DNA from: Podospora anserina
Lineage: Eukaryota
Direction of reading: 5' to 3'
Assembly: GCA_017654855.1 (NCBI GenBank)
Contig: CM030332.1
Coordinates: 6,448,001-6,512,000, forward strand
DNA length: 64,000 bases
A program made the translations under genes and the position numbers. Below the pieces are notes generated by a model that was given only the letters and a program-made list of their open reading frames with translations, was not told the DNA's origin and searched no databases. Within the stretch, counting starts at the first letter, position 1, and each line of letters begins with the position of its first letter. This document shows, piece by piece, positions 50,201 through 62,527 of this stretch.

Positions 50201-51438
50201 GGCAGACGCAGCTCGAGGAGCCAGCCAATGTCAAGAAACTGATTCGGCTTTTCCACCGAAGATATGGCTTTTGGAACGCTCAGAGGGCAAAGAACTTTCC
50301 CATCTTGGCTCAGAGTAAGCCGGTAATCTGGAACGGCCAAGTCAAAGACAAGAACTGTCTCGTTGATTATGACACTCGCCAAACTTGGGACACCACCAAG
50401 GCCTGTCCAGACATTCCTGACCGGCTCAGCACCCTCCCTGAGAACCCTGGTGAGTCGGTAAACTGCAACAATCCGGCACCTCCACCCAACAGCAAAAGAC
50501 AAGCCGGCAGCGGTGGTAGCTGTCCTTTTACCCCCGGCGGCTCCGGCGCAGAAAAGTCCATTGACTACCAGCCCAAACCCACACCCTCCCCAACCTGCCA
50601 GTCCAACAACTGCGGCGGCAAGCTCTGTACCGGGTTCTTCTGCCGACCAAAGCCATCCGGTATCCCGCCCGATTATATGGACCCCAAAGATCCCAACGCC
50701 GGCAACCCCGTCCCTGTCACCCACATCCCGGGTCCTAACAAACCGACCACCACCCGTGGCGGGGGTGGCACACCTACCCCTTCCCCGGAATGTGACGACA
50801 AGTGCAAGCTTGACCGTGGCAACCCCTGCCGATGCGGCGACACTGGTTGCGATGAACAGTCTCCTGCGTGCTGCCACAATGCCTCCTGTCCCAAGTGTGA
50901 CTGTCCCAAGAACGGGGATGGGTGCTCCAAGAACTCGCCAGCTTGTTGTGCGAGTGGGACTTGCCAGTGGCAGTATACCGGTGGCGGAGGGGGCCTGGAG
51001 CCAAACCCAGTTGATGAGCCCGACAGTGGCGCCAACAGAGTTGCTTCACCACCATCGTCGACGGAGACGGTGACGGAGGATCCCGAGCATGTTGATGCCG
51101 TGTATGAGATTTATTCGGAGAGGGATGCGAAGGGAGGGTTTGTGGTTAGTGGGTTTAGCGGGGATGTTAACGGGACGGTTGTTGGGATGGGCGGTGTGGA
51201 GCCGGATTGGGTGATGAGTGGGAATGGGACATCGGGATTGGAGACGAGCTATAAGGGGGTTGTGGCGTATGGGAGACGGTGTGACTTTTTGGCGGGGAGT
51301 GTGAATGGGTATGAGGGAATGGAGAGGCCAGGGATGGTGGTTGGGGCGCTGACTTGTGAGGGGGTCGCGCCGGCTGTTTGTGTCAGGGGAGAGGGAGGAG
51401 GGGAAGTGAGGGAGGAGTTGGTTTGTAGGTGGGAGTAG
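44274..51438 (+). CDS. Secreted multidomain protein, ~2196 aa, 11 exons: GH55 exo-beta-1,3-glucanase + Thr/Pro/Cys linker + S8 subtilase-like domain + Cys-rich C-terminus. Exons 44274-44384, 44436-44945, 45002-45147, 45203-45461, 45516-45641, 45706-46477, 46541-46715, 46768-47268, 47326-47361, 47423-48490, 48552-51438
   Basis: All 10 introns are GT-AG, most with recognisable branch sites, and phases join into one 6591-nt frame. GH55 motifs: NWYINQNQFFRQIRNF, GIHWQVSQATSL, MWDSHVRVGG, IQSETPYYQP. S8 motifs: HGTCVA, VINMSW, ASSGN, SGTSAAAPQVAG. Confidence 0.88.
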
Positions 51439-51756
51439 AGGGTGTATGATATTGCCAATCTGTATGATGTTGATGGAGATGGGGGAATTATATAGATTTA
51501 GATGTAGAAAGAATGGATATATAACTTTGGTTTGCTGAAATGGTTGTGAAAGGTGAAAAGAGGGGAATGTGATAATGTGATAATGTGCAAATGTGGGAAT
51601 CTGTCAAAGGGATGAGCCCAGGAGTGGACAGGGAAGGGGCTCGAGCAGAAAGGAAAGCATCAAAGAGGAAAGAGGAAGTAACCTAGAAGCAAGACGGGAA
51701 GGAGCGAGGGCATTGTATCAAAAACTAGGTGACAAGACAGTAGGTATGAACCACCC

Positions 51757-53835
51757 CTAATAGCTCCAAGGCCTCCTCCCCAACCTCTCGTTCTCCTCCG
51801 GCCTCCCCTCTTTGGGGATCTCAGTCTCATCCTCATTCAAATACCAACTCGGATCACCCCCTCTCTTCCCCTCCTCCGTTACAGTCTGGGTCACACTCCA
51901 CCCATTCCCCAACCACCCCAGTCTATTATTCCCATCTTCCAACCCCTCATAGTCATAGTCCTCCCACCTCGGACTCCTGAGCGTCTCCAAAGCATGGAGC
52001 GTGCTCCCCGGCCAGAGACCGACGATCCTATCCCCCCTCTTGTACCAGGAATGGCACTTGTCCATGTAGACCGTGTTCTTGAAGTACGCCTGGGTGTAGG
52101 ACTCGAAATCGGCGACGCGTTCGGGTTTGGGCTCGATGGAGGCGTAGTCTTCTTTTTGGAGCTTGCGGATGTAAGAGGTTAGGTAGTCGACTAGGGCTTC
52201 GAGGATTTTGGTGAGGGAGCCGAAGCCGATGGCGGAGTTGGGGCCGAAGAGGAAGAAGAGGTTGGGGAAGTTGTGGGTTGTGATTGAGAGGTAGGTTTCG
52301 GGGTGGTGGAACCAGTGTTGGGATAGGGTGAGGGAGTTGCGCCCTAAGAGGGGGAAGGGGGGTGCGGTGCCGACGTTGAAGCCGGTGGCGCAGATTATGG
52401 CGTCGAATTCATGGTGGGAAGAGGGAGAGGTGACGATGCCAGTGGGGGTGATGGATGTTATGGGGGAGGGGATCACGGTTACGTTTGGCTCGAGGAGGGA
52501 ATCCAGAAATCCGGGGCCGGGGGTTACGCGACGGCAGCCGGGGGCGAAGGTGGGGATTATGAGCCGGAGTAAATCGGGGCGGGAGGAGAGTTTGGCTGTC
52601 ATGGACGAGTGGAAGAAGGCTTGGGAAGAGATCTGGTCGGGGTGGGAGAGGAGGGTAGTTGACTGGATTGTGTTGCCTAGGTCTTCAAAGACTTTGCGGA
52701 ATTTGAGGAAGAGTTGAGGGTCGGAGCGGAGGGTGGATTTTTGCTCTTCAGAGACTGGAAACATATCAGATCTGGCCCAAAAGGGGGGAGGGATCGATGG
52801 ATATACATTTTGTGACCTTGGGGTCGAAGCCGAGTTCTGCCATGCCTTGGTCACCGAATTCCGGAGAAATCCACGTTGGCGAGCGCATGAAGCATTTCAG
52901 CTGGGTACCCGGGATCTTTTGGAGCTGGGGGATGATTTGAATAGCGGAGGAGCCGTTGCCTATGACTCCGATGCGTTTGTTGCTAAAGTCGTAGCTCGTG
53001 TCCCAGGCCCCAGAATGCATTATTTTGCCGGTGAAGGTGTCCAGGCCGGGGATGGAGGGCCAGGAGGGTTCGCTGAGCTGGCCGCGGGCTGTGACGAGGA
53101 TGTTGGCGCTGTCGGTGAAGGTCTCGCCGGTTGTTATATTGTGGACTTTGACGTTCCTTTGCCAAACGTTAGTAAGGTGATCGAACCGGAAGGGGAGGGC
53201 ATTTTGTCAATCTGCTGATGCGGCGAAAGGGCAATGTGTTAACGTGCTAATGTGGAAAAGGGGGCAAAAACACAAACCATTTTTTGGCCACGTTATCCCA
53301 TTCACCACCTTCCACTCGATGACTGAGTTTGATGAATCTCATTGCCCCAAAGCGGGTAGCTACATCTTCAAGATACTCCCGTATCTCGCCACCAGGGGCA
53401 TAAAGCGCGCTCCAGTTGGGGTTTGGGGCGAAGGTGTACTGATAGGAGTATGCTGTCTTTTGTTGGCTGCCATTCTTGGTGGTACGAGAGCAACTGACTT
53501 ACAAGGAACATCACAGGCCACCCCGGGATATCTATTCGCATGCCTGGACTTGTTGGACAACAGAACTTGAGATCAGGTATATGGAGGACTTACCACACTC
53601 CCCCAACACCATCCGCCTTCTCATACACCACCAATTCCACATTTCTCAGTCGCTCGGGGATCCTAATCGCAGCCAGTATCCCGGAGAATCCAGCGCCAAC
53701 AACGATAACTCGAAGCGGACGGAGATTTTCAACAGGTGTATCCTTCAAAACGAAAGGCCTAGGCTCATGACCATTGACGCCATTGCCATTGACGGCATGT
53801 CCATTCAACCCGTTAGGCTCCGCAGAGAGTGTCAT
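51757..53835 (-). CDS. Flavin-binding (Baeyer-Villiger-type) monooxygenase; exons 53835-53594, 53543-53503, 53452-53278, 53156-52807, 52754-51757
   Basis: Motifs VVGAGFSG, GGVWHANRYPGVACDVP, FTGKIMHSGAWD, IGNGSSAIQ, CRRVTPG and CATGF. Confidence 0.93.
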
Positions 53836-54578
53836 TGTATGATATAGAAGGTTTCAAAACAAACTAAGGTACCTTGAGTAGAGATCATCGACGAAAGCAA
53901 CAATACAATCAACAACGCACAAGACACCATCTATATAAACTAGACTTCCATCCTTTGAGTGGGTGTCCTCATATATCCCTACATATATCCACCACCAACA
54001 CCCAACACGCAGAAGCATATCCGACAGTTAGGTTCGGTACACAGGTTACACAACCGGTGACCCTCACATAAAACACGATCAAACTATTGATGCGTCCCCA
54101 TAACCAACATGGTGTGGCAACCAATGGAACTTGTGGGTGGTCCTATATGCTTGGGATACCAACGGCCCAAAATGCTTCCTCATCATTGTGCCGAACAGTG
54201 CGTGACAGGTGATATGTCACCACCACCTTCATAGTCGTGCGGAGTAATGAGGAGGTGAGGGGCCCTCGATCCATCAAAACTCGGCAGTCAATATCGTGCC
54301 GGCAACAGACAGCCGGGAATAAGCAAGCTTGCCACATGTAGTTGGAGACAAGGCTGGTACAAATATTCTTCAATTCCTCTCTAGCTATGTACTTTTGCTT
54401 TTTCTTGCTCTATAATCCAACATCGTCACGACTCGAGGTCGTTGACGGGTAACTCCAGGCTCTCCTGAACAGAACAAAAGAAACAAAAGGGTATCGATGC
54501 CTGCTAAGAACAAATTGCAAAGAAAAGAAATGGCGGGTCTAACGTATCAGTCAGAGCAGCGCAAGGCACGCATCGTCA

Positions 54579-56114
54579 TCATAGTTCGATGAAGTCCTTT
54601 TGCTCAGTGAAATCGAGACCACCAGTCTCATCCTCGCCAATGAACTCGTCAACCTCGTCCGAGTCCACATCGTAGTCATCGATAGACTCCCCATCATCGT
54701 CGCTTGAAACATCCTCCATCTCTACGTCTTCGCTCTTAAAGCTCGACGCTTTGCGAAGGACGCTTGCCCTCTCTCGGTGGGGGAGCTTACAACCCCGGAT
54801 CTTACACGTGCCTGTGTTGCTAAAATCGGGGCACTCAAACACATGCCGCTCGGGGCATTCTGCACCTCCTTCGCAGTAGCCGTAGAAGCCAAAGGAGCGA
54901 CATACGGGGGCAGCTGTAGACACTTTCACGTGAGCATACTTGCAATCAGACTTGGTGCAGCTATCTCGAGCATAGTGCAAACAGGCTGGGGTGCGCTCGG
55001 GGGTGGGGTCATGGGAGAGATCGCAGTCATCGCCGTTGGGGCAGCCGCCCAGCAAAAAGTCTTTGCAGATGGCAACCTTGTGGGGGTCGTGGGTATACCG
55101 GCACTGGGGGCCTTTGGCGCAGGAGCCTACAAGCATGTTAGATCGTTTCGCTGGGCTTACCGAACACCAATCAGGGTGACTTGGTCCACGGCGTCGGTCG
55201 AAGAATATAGAGTTACCCATCATCGAAAACTGTTTGCAAGGCACGTTGACTTTCTTCACGGTGCCAGATTGTCTGGATATGCTGTAAGTCAGCGGTCACA
55301 CTTGACGGCTCGGGAAGACATACCGCTGGGCTTTGACAACGCCATGCCGATACAGGTTGCCGTTCTTGCTTCTGTAAAACTTGACACCGCCAACCACGGC
55401 CATCCTGGGGGTTGCCTTTGCCGAGTTTCCATCGCCTGCGCTGGGATAAGTGACTTCTCCGTCTCCAGTTGAACGCGAGCTTGACGCACCGGGAACCTTG
55501 ACAAGCTTGCTGCCTTGTTTCGTCACGGTGAATTGGATGCCGTCAACGGTGATAACATATTTGCCGGCGGTTTTCTGATGGTTAGCTGTCTCATAGCCTC
55601 CATTGTTTGCCAATCGGTTGAGATGACTGATCAACTTGGCGCGCTCTTGTCTGTTTTTCGCGGCGAGTTGCTGTTGCCGAGTTTGTTCCATTGCCTGGCG
55701 ACGTGACGGTGCTTCCTGCTGGTAGACCGAGGAGTTGATGATCTGAAGATGGCGGTCATTCTTGTGGACCCAAGAACTGGTAGAGGTATCTGATGAAGCT
55801 CCGTGATCGTCGACAGATCTGCTTGACGGAGAGGCGCCATTCAAAACCAGAGTCCTGTTACGATGGACAGGCCTCGGGGCACCATGGTAACCACGGTACG
55901 GATGTCCGCGGTGGGATCCTCGGTAGTACCCTGTATCTTTGGGAACATCAATATCGGTGCGGCGGGCACTCTTCGAGTCGATGGACATACGGTGCTGGGC
56001 TCGGAAGGGCGGGGGAGGGATGAGGCCGGCCTGCTGATTCTTGTGTCGATTAACGCGACTGGCCAGGCGAGCGATCCTCTCCATGACCTCGCGGTCCTCG
56101 GTGGAGGTTGACAT
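54579..56114 (-). CDS. Tandem CCCH zinc-finger protein (ZC3H3/Red5-like), multi-exon
   Basis: Five C-x7/8-C-x4/5-C-x3-H fingers after splicing (introns about 55990-55931, 55323-55273, 55216-55127, possibly 55489-55436). Start MSTSTEDREVMERI. Confidence 0.85.
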
Positions 56115-56758
56115 GTTGTCGGTGGTATCACGTGTAGCGTATATTTCAAGGCTGTGATATCCGCGGCCAGTACCAGCAAGAGTCGAAAGTTGTACGCAAA
56201 AGCAAAGTTGCGGTGATGGTCGAGAATGCGAATTCAAGTGGGATGAAGAGGGAAAGAAATCGGTGCACAGGGCAAGCGGGGAATTGTGGCCCAGCCAAAT
56301 GGCGCTAAGAGCGACCAACGGGTTCTCGGGGTTTAGTGGCAACTGCCGCTGCCCTTGCGTCATCAACCGAGCGCGAGACTGATAAGAGCACGAAATATGA
56401 TGATAAGCCCTGGAAGTTTCAAAGAGTAGCCGTAGTAAACTTTGTTACGTGGGAGCTTTACTGCGATGTGAAAAAGGCTGTTGTTGGAGAGTTGAGGATA
56501 ACAAGGCTTGGAGCAACCCGATCCGTTGATCTCGGATCCGCATTTGTCCAGGGATTCCCAGCAGACAAAAGCCGCTAGAAACGCCCCACTTTCATCCCTA
56601 CCGCTACCACTACAGCAGCGCGTGCTTACCTCAGTGGCTGGCCAGGCAGGTCCTTGAATTCAAGCATCTTCTTTGTCTCGACATTCGAGACCATCAATTC
56701 TTGCGACATCTCACCGCAGGCAGCAAACACGATTATTCCAACTACATCATAAGAAGCC

Positions 56759-58003
56759 ATGGCTGGATTTATCAAGACCGAGGAGCAGAAGCCAGTCAAG
56801 GCTGAGCCCGACGCGGCCAACGGCTCGCCGTTCATGGAGGACCTGCTTGACGAGTCGGCCGATCTCGAGTTCTACGACAAGTTTAAAGACTCTGCCGACA
56901 CGTACGATAGGATGTACCTGGCGCGTCTCCCCAGTTATCTATGGGAAGCTTGGTCGAAATTGGATGACGATGACGAGATCGAAATTGGCAAGATTCGACA
57001 GTTCCAGGACAAGGACGGCAAAATGGTTGGTGTCCCTCTACTGCGCTGTCTCTCGCACTTTTACTGACATCTTGTGGTAACAGCAACTCCAGATGCTCCT
57101 TCACTCTAACATTCAGCCACATCAAGAACTTCCCAAGGAGTACAATCTCGATGTCCACAACCCCGATGTTCACAACACCTTCGTCTTCACCGAGCAGGAT
57201 CTAGGCAGCTACGCGGCCAAGAACAAGGAGAGGGCAAAGGCGTTGGCTGCCGGTATCCCGGCTCATCTTTTGCGTCAGCAACAGCAAAAGCAGTCAGGAG
57301 AGTCGTCGGACCGAGGGAGAAGAAGCGGCCCATATACGCGGAAGGCGATTCCAAGTGAGCAGCCCCGCTCTTTCCTTGTAGGGTTTTGTTTGCTAACCTT
57401 TGTTTGCAGAGAAAACCAGAATTGCTGGCAGAATCAAGCACGAAGTACTTTGCACGCCCGCCGCCAACCCCGAGACCGAAAGATTTCTGTTCTCTCGCAC
57501 GAAGAAGACGCAAGAAACGAAGAAGGAAGTCAAGGTGTACGAGGCTGGTACCAACCCTCGAGGCTTGTCTGGAGACAAGGAGTGGGCTGGATATCTCGTA
57601 TGTTTTCTTCGATGGCGCCCTTTAACTTGCCGCATCGCTAACAACCTCACAGAAAGTTACCGAGAAACCCACCAAGGCCAAGAAGATGGAGAACAAGACC
57701 GCGCGCTGGCCCGAGAACCAGCTCCTTGATGCCATCGCCGAATGCTTCGGCCGCCACAGATTCTGGTCTATCAAGGCTATCCGCGCCGTCATCCCACAGC
57801 CAGAGGTTTATTTGCGGGAGACCCTCGAGAAGATTGCTGTGCTTCATCGTTCTGGGTCTTTTGCCAACCACTGGGAGTTAAAGGCAGAGTACAAGAGCAT
57901 GCTCAAGACAGCGCAGCCGGAGGACGGTGCGGCAGCTCCACCACCCGATAACAACATTAGCGACGAAGAGGACGAGGACATCAAGATGGAGGATGTGATT
58001 TAG
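56759..58003 (+). CDS. TFG2: TFIIF beta subunit, 4 exons (introns about 57027-57082, 57354-57408, 57598-57652)
   Basis: Motifs YLARLPSYLWEAW, LPKEYNL, AIPKKTRIAGRIKHE, and winged helix QPEVYLRETLEKIA..WELKAEY. Confidence 0.9.
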
Positions 58004-58623
58004 GAAAGACATCAACGGTCAAGACGACACGGAGGATTTGTATAAACAGCCCTGGGAGATGGGAACTGGAGAAAGAGTTTTCGATCTTCAACGGCAGCAA
58101 AATCTCGCCGTCGCTGCCGCCTCAAGGACGCAAGGCGCCGTCCTTAGGCACGCAAGTATGGGTAGAGAAAAATGAAAACGAGTGATACCCCTGAGGTGAG
58201 GAGAAGGAGTGGGTCTGTTTTTTGTCTGCGTTGTACATTAATGCTGAAAGGGCGGGGGACGGTGACACTTGGGCGTTTGTTGGGTTTGGCAGCGAACAGC
58301 TGCATGCCTTTGAACAAGGCAGACACACAGAATAGAGATATCTGGCATGGATAACACCAAGCGTGTGTTATGAAAAGTAACCATGTAGTCCAAGTGGGGT
58401 CAAAGGTTTTTTGAGTGTGTCTATAAATTGATCAACCCGTTTCCCGCTTTACATGCAGGCCAGGTTTGATTCTGCCGTCATCTCGCATTTGCTGCACATA
58501 CAACGTCTCACTACTGACTACCTAAAACACTTTGTTTTTTGTTTTCGTTCTGAAACTTTTTCTCTTCACAATACCCAAGAAACTTTCACCGCAACCATAT
58601 ACCCCGCATTTTGTCTGGAGAAA

Positions 58624-59523
58624 ATGGCAGGCATAATCATCCTCGACTTTGACGGCACCATCACGACTGCTGACACGATCAACACCCTGGCTTCATTGCC
58701 GACATCTCACCACCCGGGGGAAGTGACGGAGGGGCATGAGAAGCTGTGGGAGGAGATTGTGGAGGGGTATGTGGCTGATCATGCGGAGCACACCAAGAAT
58801 TATGTGCCCGAGGCCAAAGGGAGGACCACGCTGGGGCAGGAGTTGGAGTATCTTGAGAGTTTGAGGGGGCCAGAGGGGGTGTCGATTGGGAGGGTTAGTC
58901 GGGGATCACTTTTTGCAAACCTTAGAGAGGAGGACTTTCGGGTGTTTGGGCAGAGGATCGTGGAGAATGGGCGGGGAGGGGAGGGAGAAGAGGAGAGGGT
59001 GGTTTTGAGGAGGGGGTTCAAGGAGTTTGTGGGACGGTGTCGAGAGAATGGCTGGGAGATTGGGGTTGTGAGTGTGAATTGGAGTCGGGATTTTATCATG
59101 GGGGTTATAAGTGAGCAGTGCGGCGGGTTGGATGGGGTTAAGGTGGTGGCGAATGGGATTAGATACCCAGAGGGGACGATTGAAGGGCCGAAGGAGCTGG
59201 GGAGGGAGGTGATGATGACGGCGGGGGATAAATTGAGGGGGATGGAGTTGTTGTCAAAGGAAGGAGGGGAGAGGAAACGGGTGGTGTATTTTGGGGACTC
59301 GACCACGGATTTGGCTTGTTTGGTGGAGGCGGATTTGGGGGTTGTGGTTGCTGATGAAGAGGAGGGGAAGTTGTTGGTTACGTTGAGGAGGATTGGGTAT
59401 GGGGTGCCGCATGTGGGGGGGGAGTATAGGAGAGAAAAAGATGGGAAGAAACAGGGGATGGTGTGGGCGAGGGATTTCGAGGAGCTCATGAGGAGTGGTG
59501 TGGTTGAGGGGCTGCGGAGGTGA
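58624..59523 (+). CDS. HAD-superfamily hydrolase (Cto1/UPF0655-like)
   Basis: Motif I LDFDGTIT, motif II VVSVNWS, motif IV YFGDSTTDLACL; likely ATG at 58624. Confidence 0.88.
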   Translation: MAGIIILDFDGTITTADTINTLASLPTSHHPGEVTEGHEKLWEEIVEGYVADHAEHTKNYVPEAKGRTTLGQELEYLESLRGPEGVSIGRVSRGSLFANLREEDFRVFGQRIVENGRGGEGEEERVVLRRGFKEFVGRCRENGWEIGVVSVNWSRDFIMGVISEQCGGLDGVKVVANGIRYPEGTIEGPKELGREVMMTAGDKLRGMELLSKEGGERKRVVYFGDSTTDLACLVEADLGVVVADEEEGKLLVTLRRIGYGVPHVGGEYRREKDGKKQGMVWARDFEELMRSGVVEGLRR

Positions 59524-60045
59524 GGTGGTGATGTTGAAGGTGAAGGTGTCAATAGATAAAATATTCGGCCGTGATGAAATGCGGGAACTGAATGTTGAAA
59601 ATGTGTCAATGTCTCACACCACACTTGGTGTTGAAGGCAACTGGAATGTGAGCCATCCAACTTCCATAATATCTCCCTGCTGCTTCCATGACAAGAAAAA
59701 CCCTTTCAATGCCTCCACAAAAAGTCCCACAACAACCAAAGAATCTCACCTCGCCATCTCCTTACGGGCTTAATTGTGGGCGTTTGCTCGCTCCTAACGC
59801 CGATAACCGACAAAGGGACCCTATCACTTATCACATCGTCCAACAGTCAGAACAGGCGAAACAACAAGAGCTTCAATGCCTCCCTTGGATTGACACATCA
59901 TCCATCCAGAATATTCCACCAAAAGCCACATGTTGATACCTCATACTGCTGCACCTTAATACCTGCCCACGACGCCAGCGCAGAAACAACCTTCAACTAG
60001 CCCACAGCCTCAACCAAACTCCCATATCTGGGGCAAATCCAACGG

Positions 60046-60046
<1 letters not shown>

Positions 60047-60087
<41 letters not shown>
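60047..60087. repeat. (CA)20 microsatellite
   Basis: Read directly from the sequence. Confidence 0.95.
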
Positions 60088-60089
<2 letters not shown>

Positions 60090-60161
60090 CGTCCGTCATC
60101 ACACCTTCTCACGTTTTTGTGGACTTCATGTCACCCCCACACATCACCACAACAAACGATA

Positions 60162-60881
60162 ATGTGCTTCCACAAACGCATCCTCTTCGCCTGCAGCCAC
60201 TACGCCTGGCTTACGACGCCCGAAGCGACGATTCCTTGCGAGGTCGAGAGGAGGTTTCTAAGGGGTGGGATGCCCGAGTCTGATAATGATAACGAGAATG
60301 AGACTATGAATGAGACTGGAGGTGGTTTTGACAAGCAAAATCTGCTGCCGGAGGAGGGGTGTAACCAAATGTGGTCTCATGGGTTTCACACCGTCAAGGT
60401 TGGGGAGGATTGCAGAAGTTGTGTGTACAAACGAAGGAAGAAGGAGTCGATGATCGGGGAGGTGAAAGAGGTTATCAAAAGCTTGAGGGTGAACTTGGAG
60501 AGGATAACGACGGGTGCGGAGCTGGGGCAGGAAATTGGTGATGAGGAGAACAACAGTTTTGACGAGGAAGATGATTGGGGTTTGACTGTGAGAAGTAAAA
60601 ATTCTGACTCGACGAGGAATTCAGCCGGGACGACGGGGTTGGAGTTGACGTCTTCGCCTGGGGGATCGAGTGAGACTACAGGTACGGGTGATACTTCACT
60701 GTCACTGGATGGTGAGAGGGATCATGGGTTGGTGAAAGAGCCTCTGCTGGGAAGTGATGACGGTGATGATGATGATGATGGTGAGAGTGAGCACGAAAGG
60801 ATGGAAGAGGTAAGCTTTGTGTTTGACCCCCAGCGGTGCGCCTTGGTGTTTTCTCCTGCTGTCGCTGCTGTTGGGGTGTGA
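60162..60881 (+). CDS. Hypothetical protein (~239 aa) with an N-terminal Cys/His cluster and acidic tail
   Basis: MCFHKRILFACSH...PC...GC...CRSC followed by a coiled-coil-like segment. Confidence 0.7.
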   Translation: MCFHKRILFACSHYAWLTTPEATIPCEVERRFLRGGMPESDNDNENETMNETGGGFDKQNLLPEEGCNQMWSHGFHTVKVGEDCRSCVYKRRKKESMIGEVKEVIKSLRVNLERITTGAELGQEIGDEENNSFDEEDDWGLTVRSKNSDSTRNSAGTTGLELTSSPGGSSETTGTGDTSLSLDGERDHGLVKEPLLGSDDGDDDDDGESEHERMEEVSFVFDPQRCALVFSPAVAAVGV

Positions 60882-61636
60882 GAGTTGAGAAAGGCTGCGG
60901 GTTTTTTTTTCGAGAGGACAGGAGGCTAAATGAACGGCAGGCAATCATGAAGAGAAGGGACCAGATGAGAAAGAGTGAGCTATTTGTTGACGGGATGGAG
61001 ATTGCGTCGACAATACCAGGAAATCTGAGGAGAGAGTGGAGAGAGAGGTGGCGCGAGACGGGTAGTTGTGGGTATGAGCATGATTACAATAGGAAGTTGA
61101 TGACAGGGAGGAGGGAGCCGCTTTTGCCCATGTTGGTTTCTATTCGACGACGGCGGCAGACATTGTTGGGAACTGGGTTTGATAGCTCGGTAAGAAGAGA
61201 ATAAGGCTTTGGGAGGTGGCGCAACATTGATCATGGTGTGCGCGAAGCGGTTTTGCATTGCTGGCGTTCGGTGGAGCGGGTTTTCGTGCTCGAGAAACCT
61301 GGATTCCTATATTTCCTATGGTAACTTTTTGGATTTACGGCGTACAAGGGAAAATTTGGCTCAAGCCCATGGACAGGGGAAGGTTGGCAATATATCGACA
61401 TTTTCAATGTCTAATGAAATAATCTTTTAAGAAGTGAAGCTATCGCCAAATTCCAAACAGGAAAACAGTAAATAATGTGGCCCGTGCACATCCCGCCAAA
61501 CCGGCGCTGATCTGCCGCTCCACCTGACAAAGCTCGGCACCCAGCTTAAGCTCCATCAACCCCGAGTCCGCTGCAACCTCCAACCCGCCACCACTGTTAT
61601 AACGCGGGGAAGATCACCAATTCGACCGGACTGACC

Positions 61637-62527
61637 ATGCCATGGAGTCCAGGGTCCTCTTCGGCGCCGTCAGGCGACAAAGACGACATTAAATCAAAAC
61701 TATCCTCGTGGACCAAACCTATACGCGATCACCTCAGCGAAGGCGGCAACTGGATCGCACCTATCATCGCCGCTGGCGCGACTATGGGATTTTGGAGCTT
61801 CTACAAGACCTACCTCCGGCGCATCCCCAACAGCGCCCATGTTTCCCCGCGATACTTTCACCGACGGAGCTTGTTTGGCAAGGTAACTAGTGTTGGGGAC
61901 GGTGATGGGTTCCACTTGTATCATACACCAGGTGGGCGTTTGGCTGGCTGGGGCTGGCTGAGGACGGTGCCGAAGCTGAAGAAGGAATTGAAGGGGCAGA
62001 CGGTACTTACTTCCTTTCAGAACGGGGTCTGAATATTTGGCTCATTCTGTGCGTCACAGATCCCCATCCGCATCGCCGGCGTCGACGCCCCCGAAGGCGG
62101 TCACTTTGGCCGAACCGCTCAGCCCTTTGCTGCCGAAGCACAAAAGTTTCTGGACAGCCACATCCTCAACCGCCGAGTCCGCGCCTATGTTTGGAGACGC
62201 GACCAATATGACAGAATCGTGGCCACCGTTTATGTCCGACGGCCGCCATTCTTTCAACGAAAAGACGTCTCGATGGAGCTGCTCAAGCAGGGATTCGCAA
62301 CTACGTACGAGGCCAAGACGGGCGCTGAGTTTGGCGGGCCGTCCAAGGAGATCGAATACAAAGTTGCCGAGGAGGTGGCAAGACAGAAAGGGAAGGGGAT
62401 GTGGTCCCTTGAGAAGGGAGGCGGGTTTTTCCATCCGAGCAAAAAAGCCCGGGCGATTGAGAGCCCGATGGCATACAAGAGGCGAGTGAAGCTAGCGGAG
62501 GAGCCGCAACGCAAGTTGGATTCGTGA
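61637..62527 (+). CDS. LCL3: Staphylococcal-nuclease-family endonuclease Lcl3; exons 61637-62002 and 62060-62527
   Basis: Motifs [30 protein letters not shown] and [12 protein letters not shown]-terminal hydrophobic anchor. Confidence 0.93.

Noticed and set aside
51757-53835. Monooxygenase as part of a secondary-metabolite cluster
   Set aside because: No PKS, NRPS, terpene synthase, transporter or cluster regulator nearby.
38490-54500. Accessory block as an intact mobile element (e.g. Starship)
   Set aside because: No tyrosine recombinase, transposase, terminal repeats or target duplication were visible.
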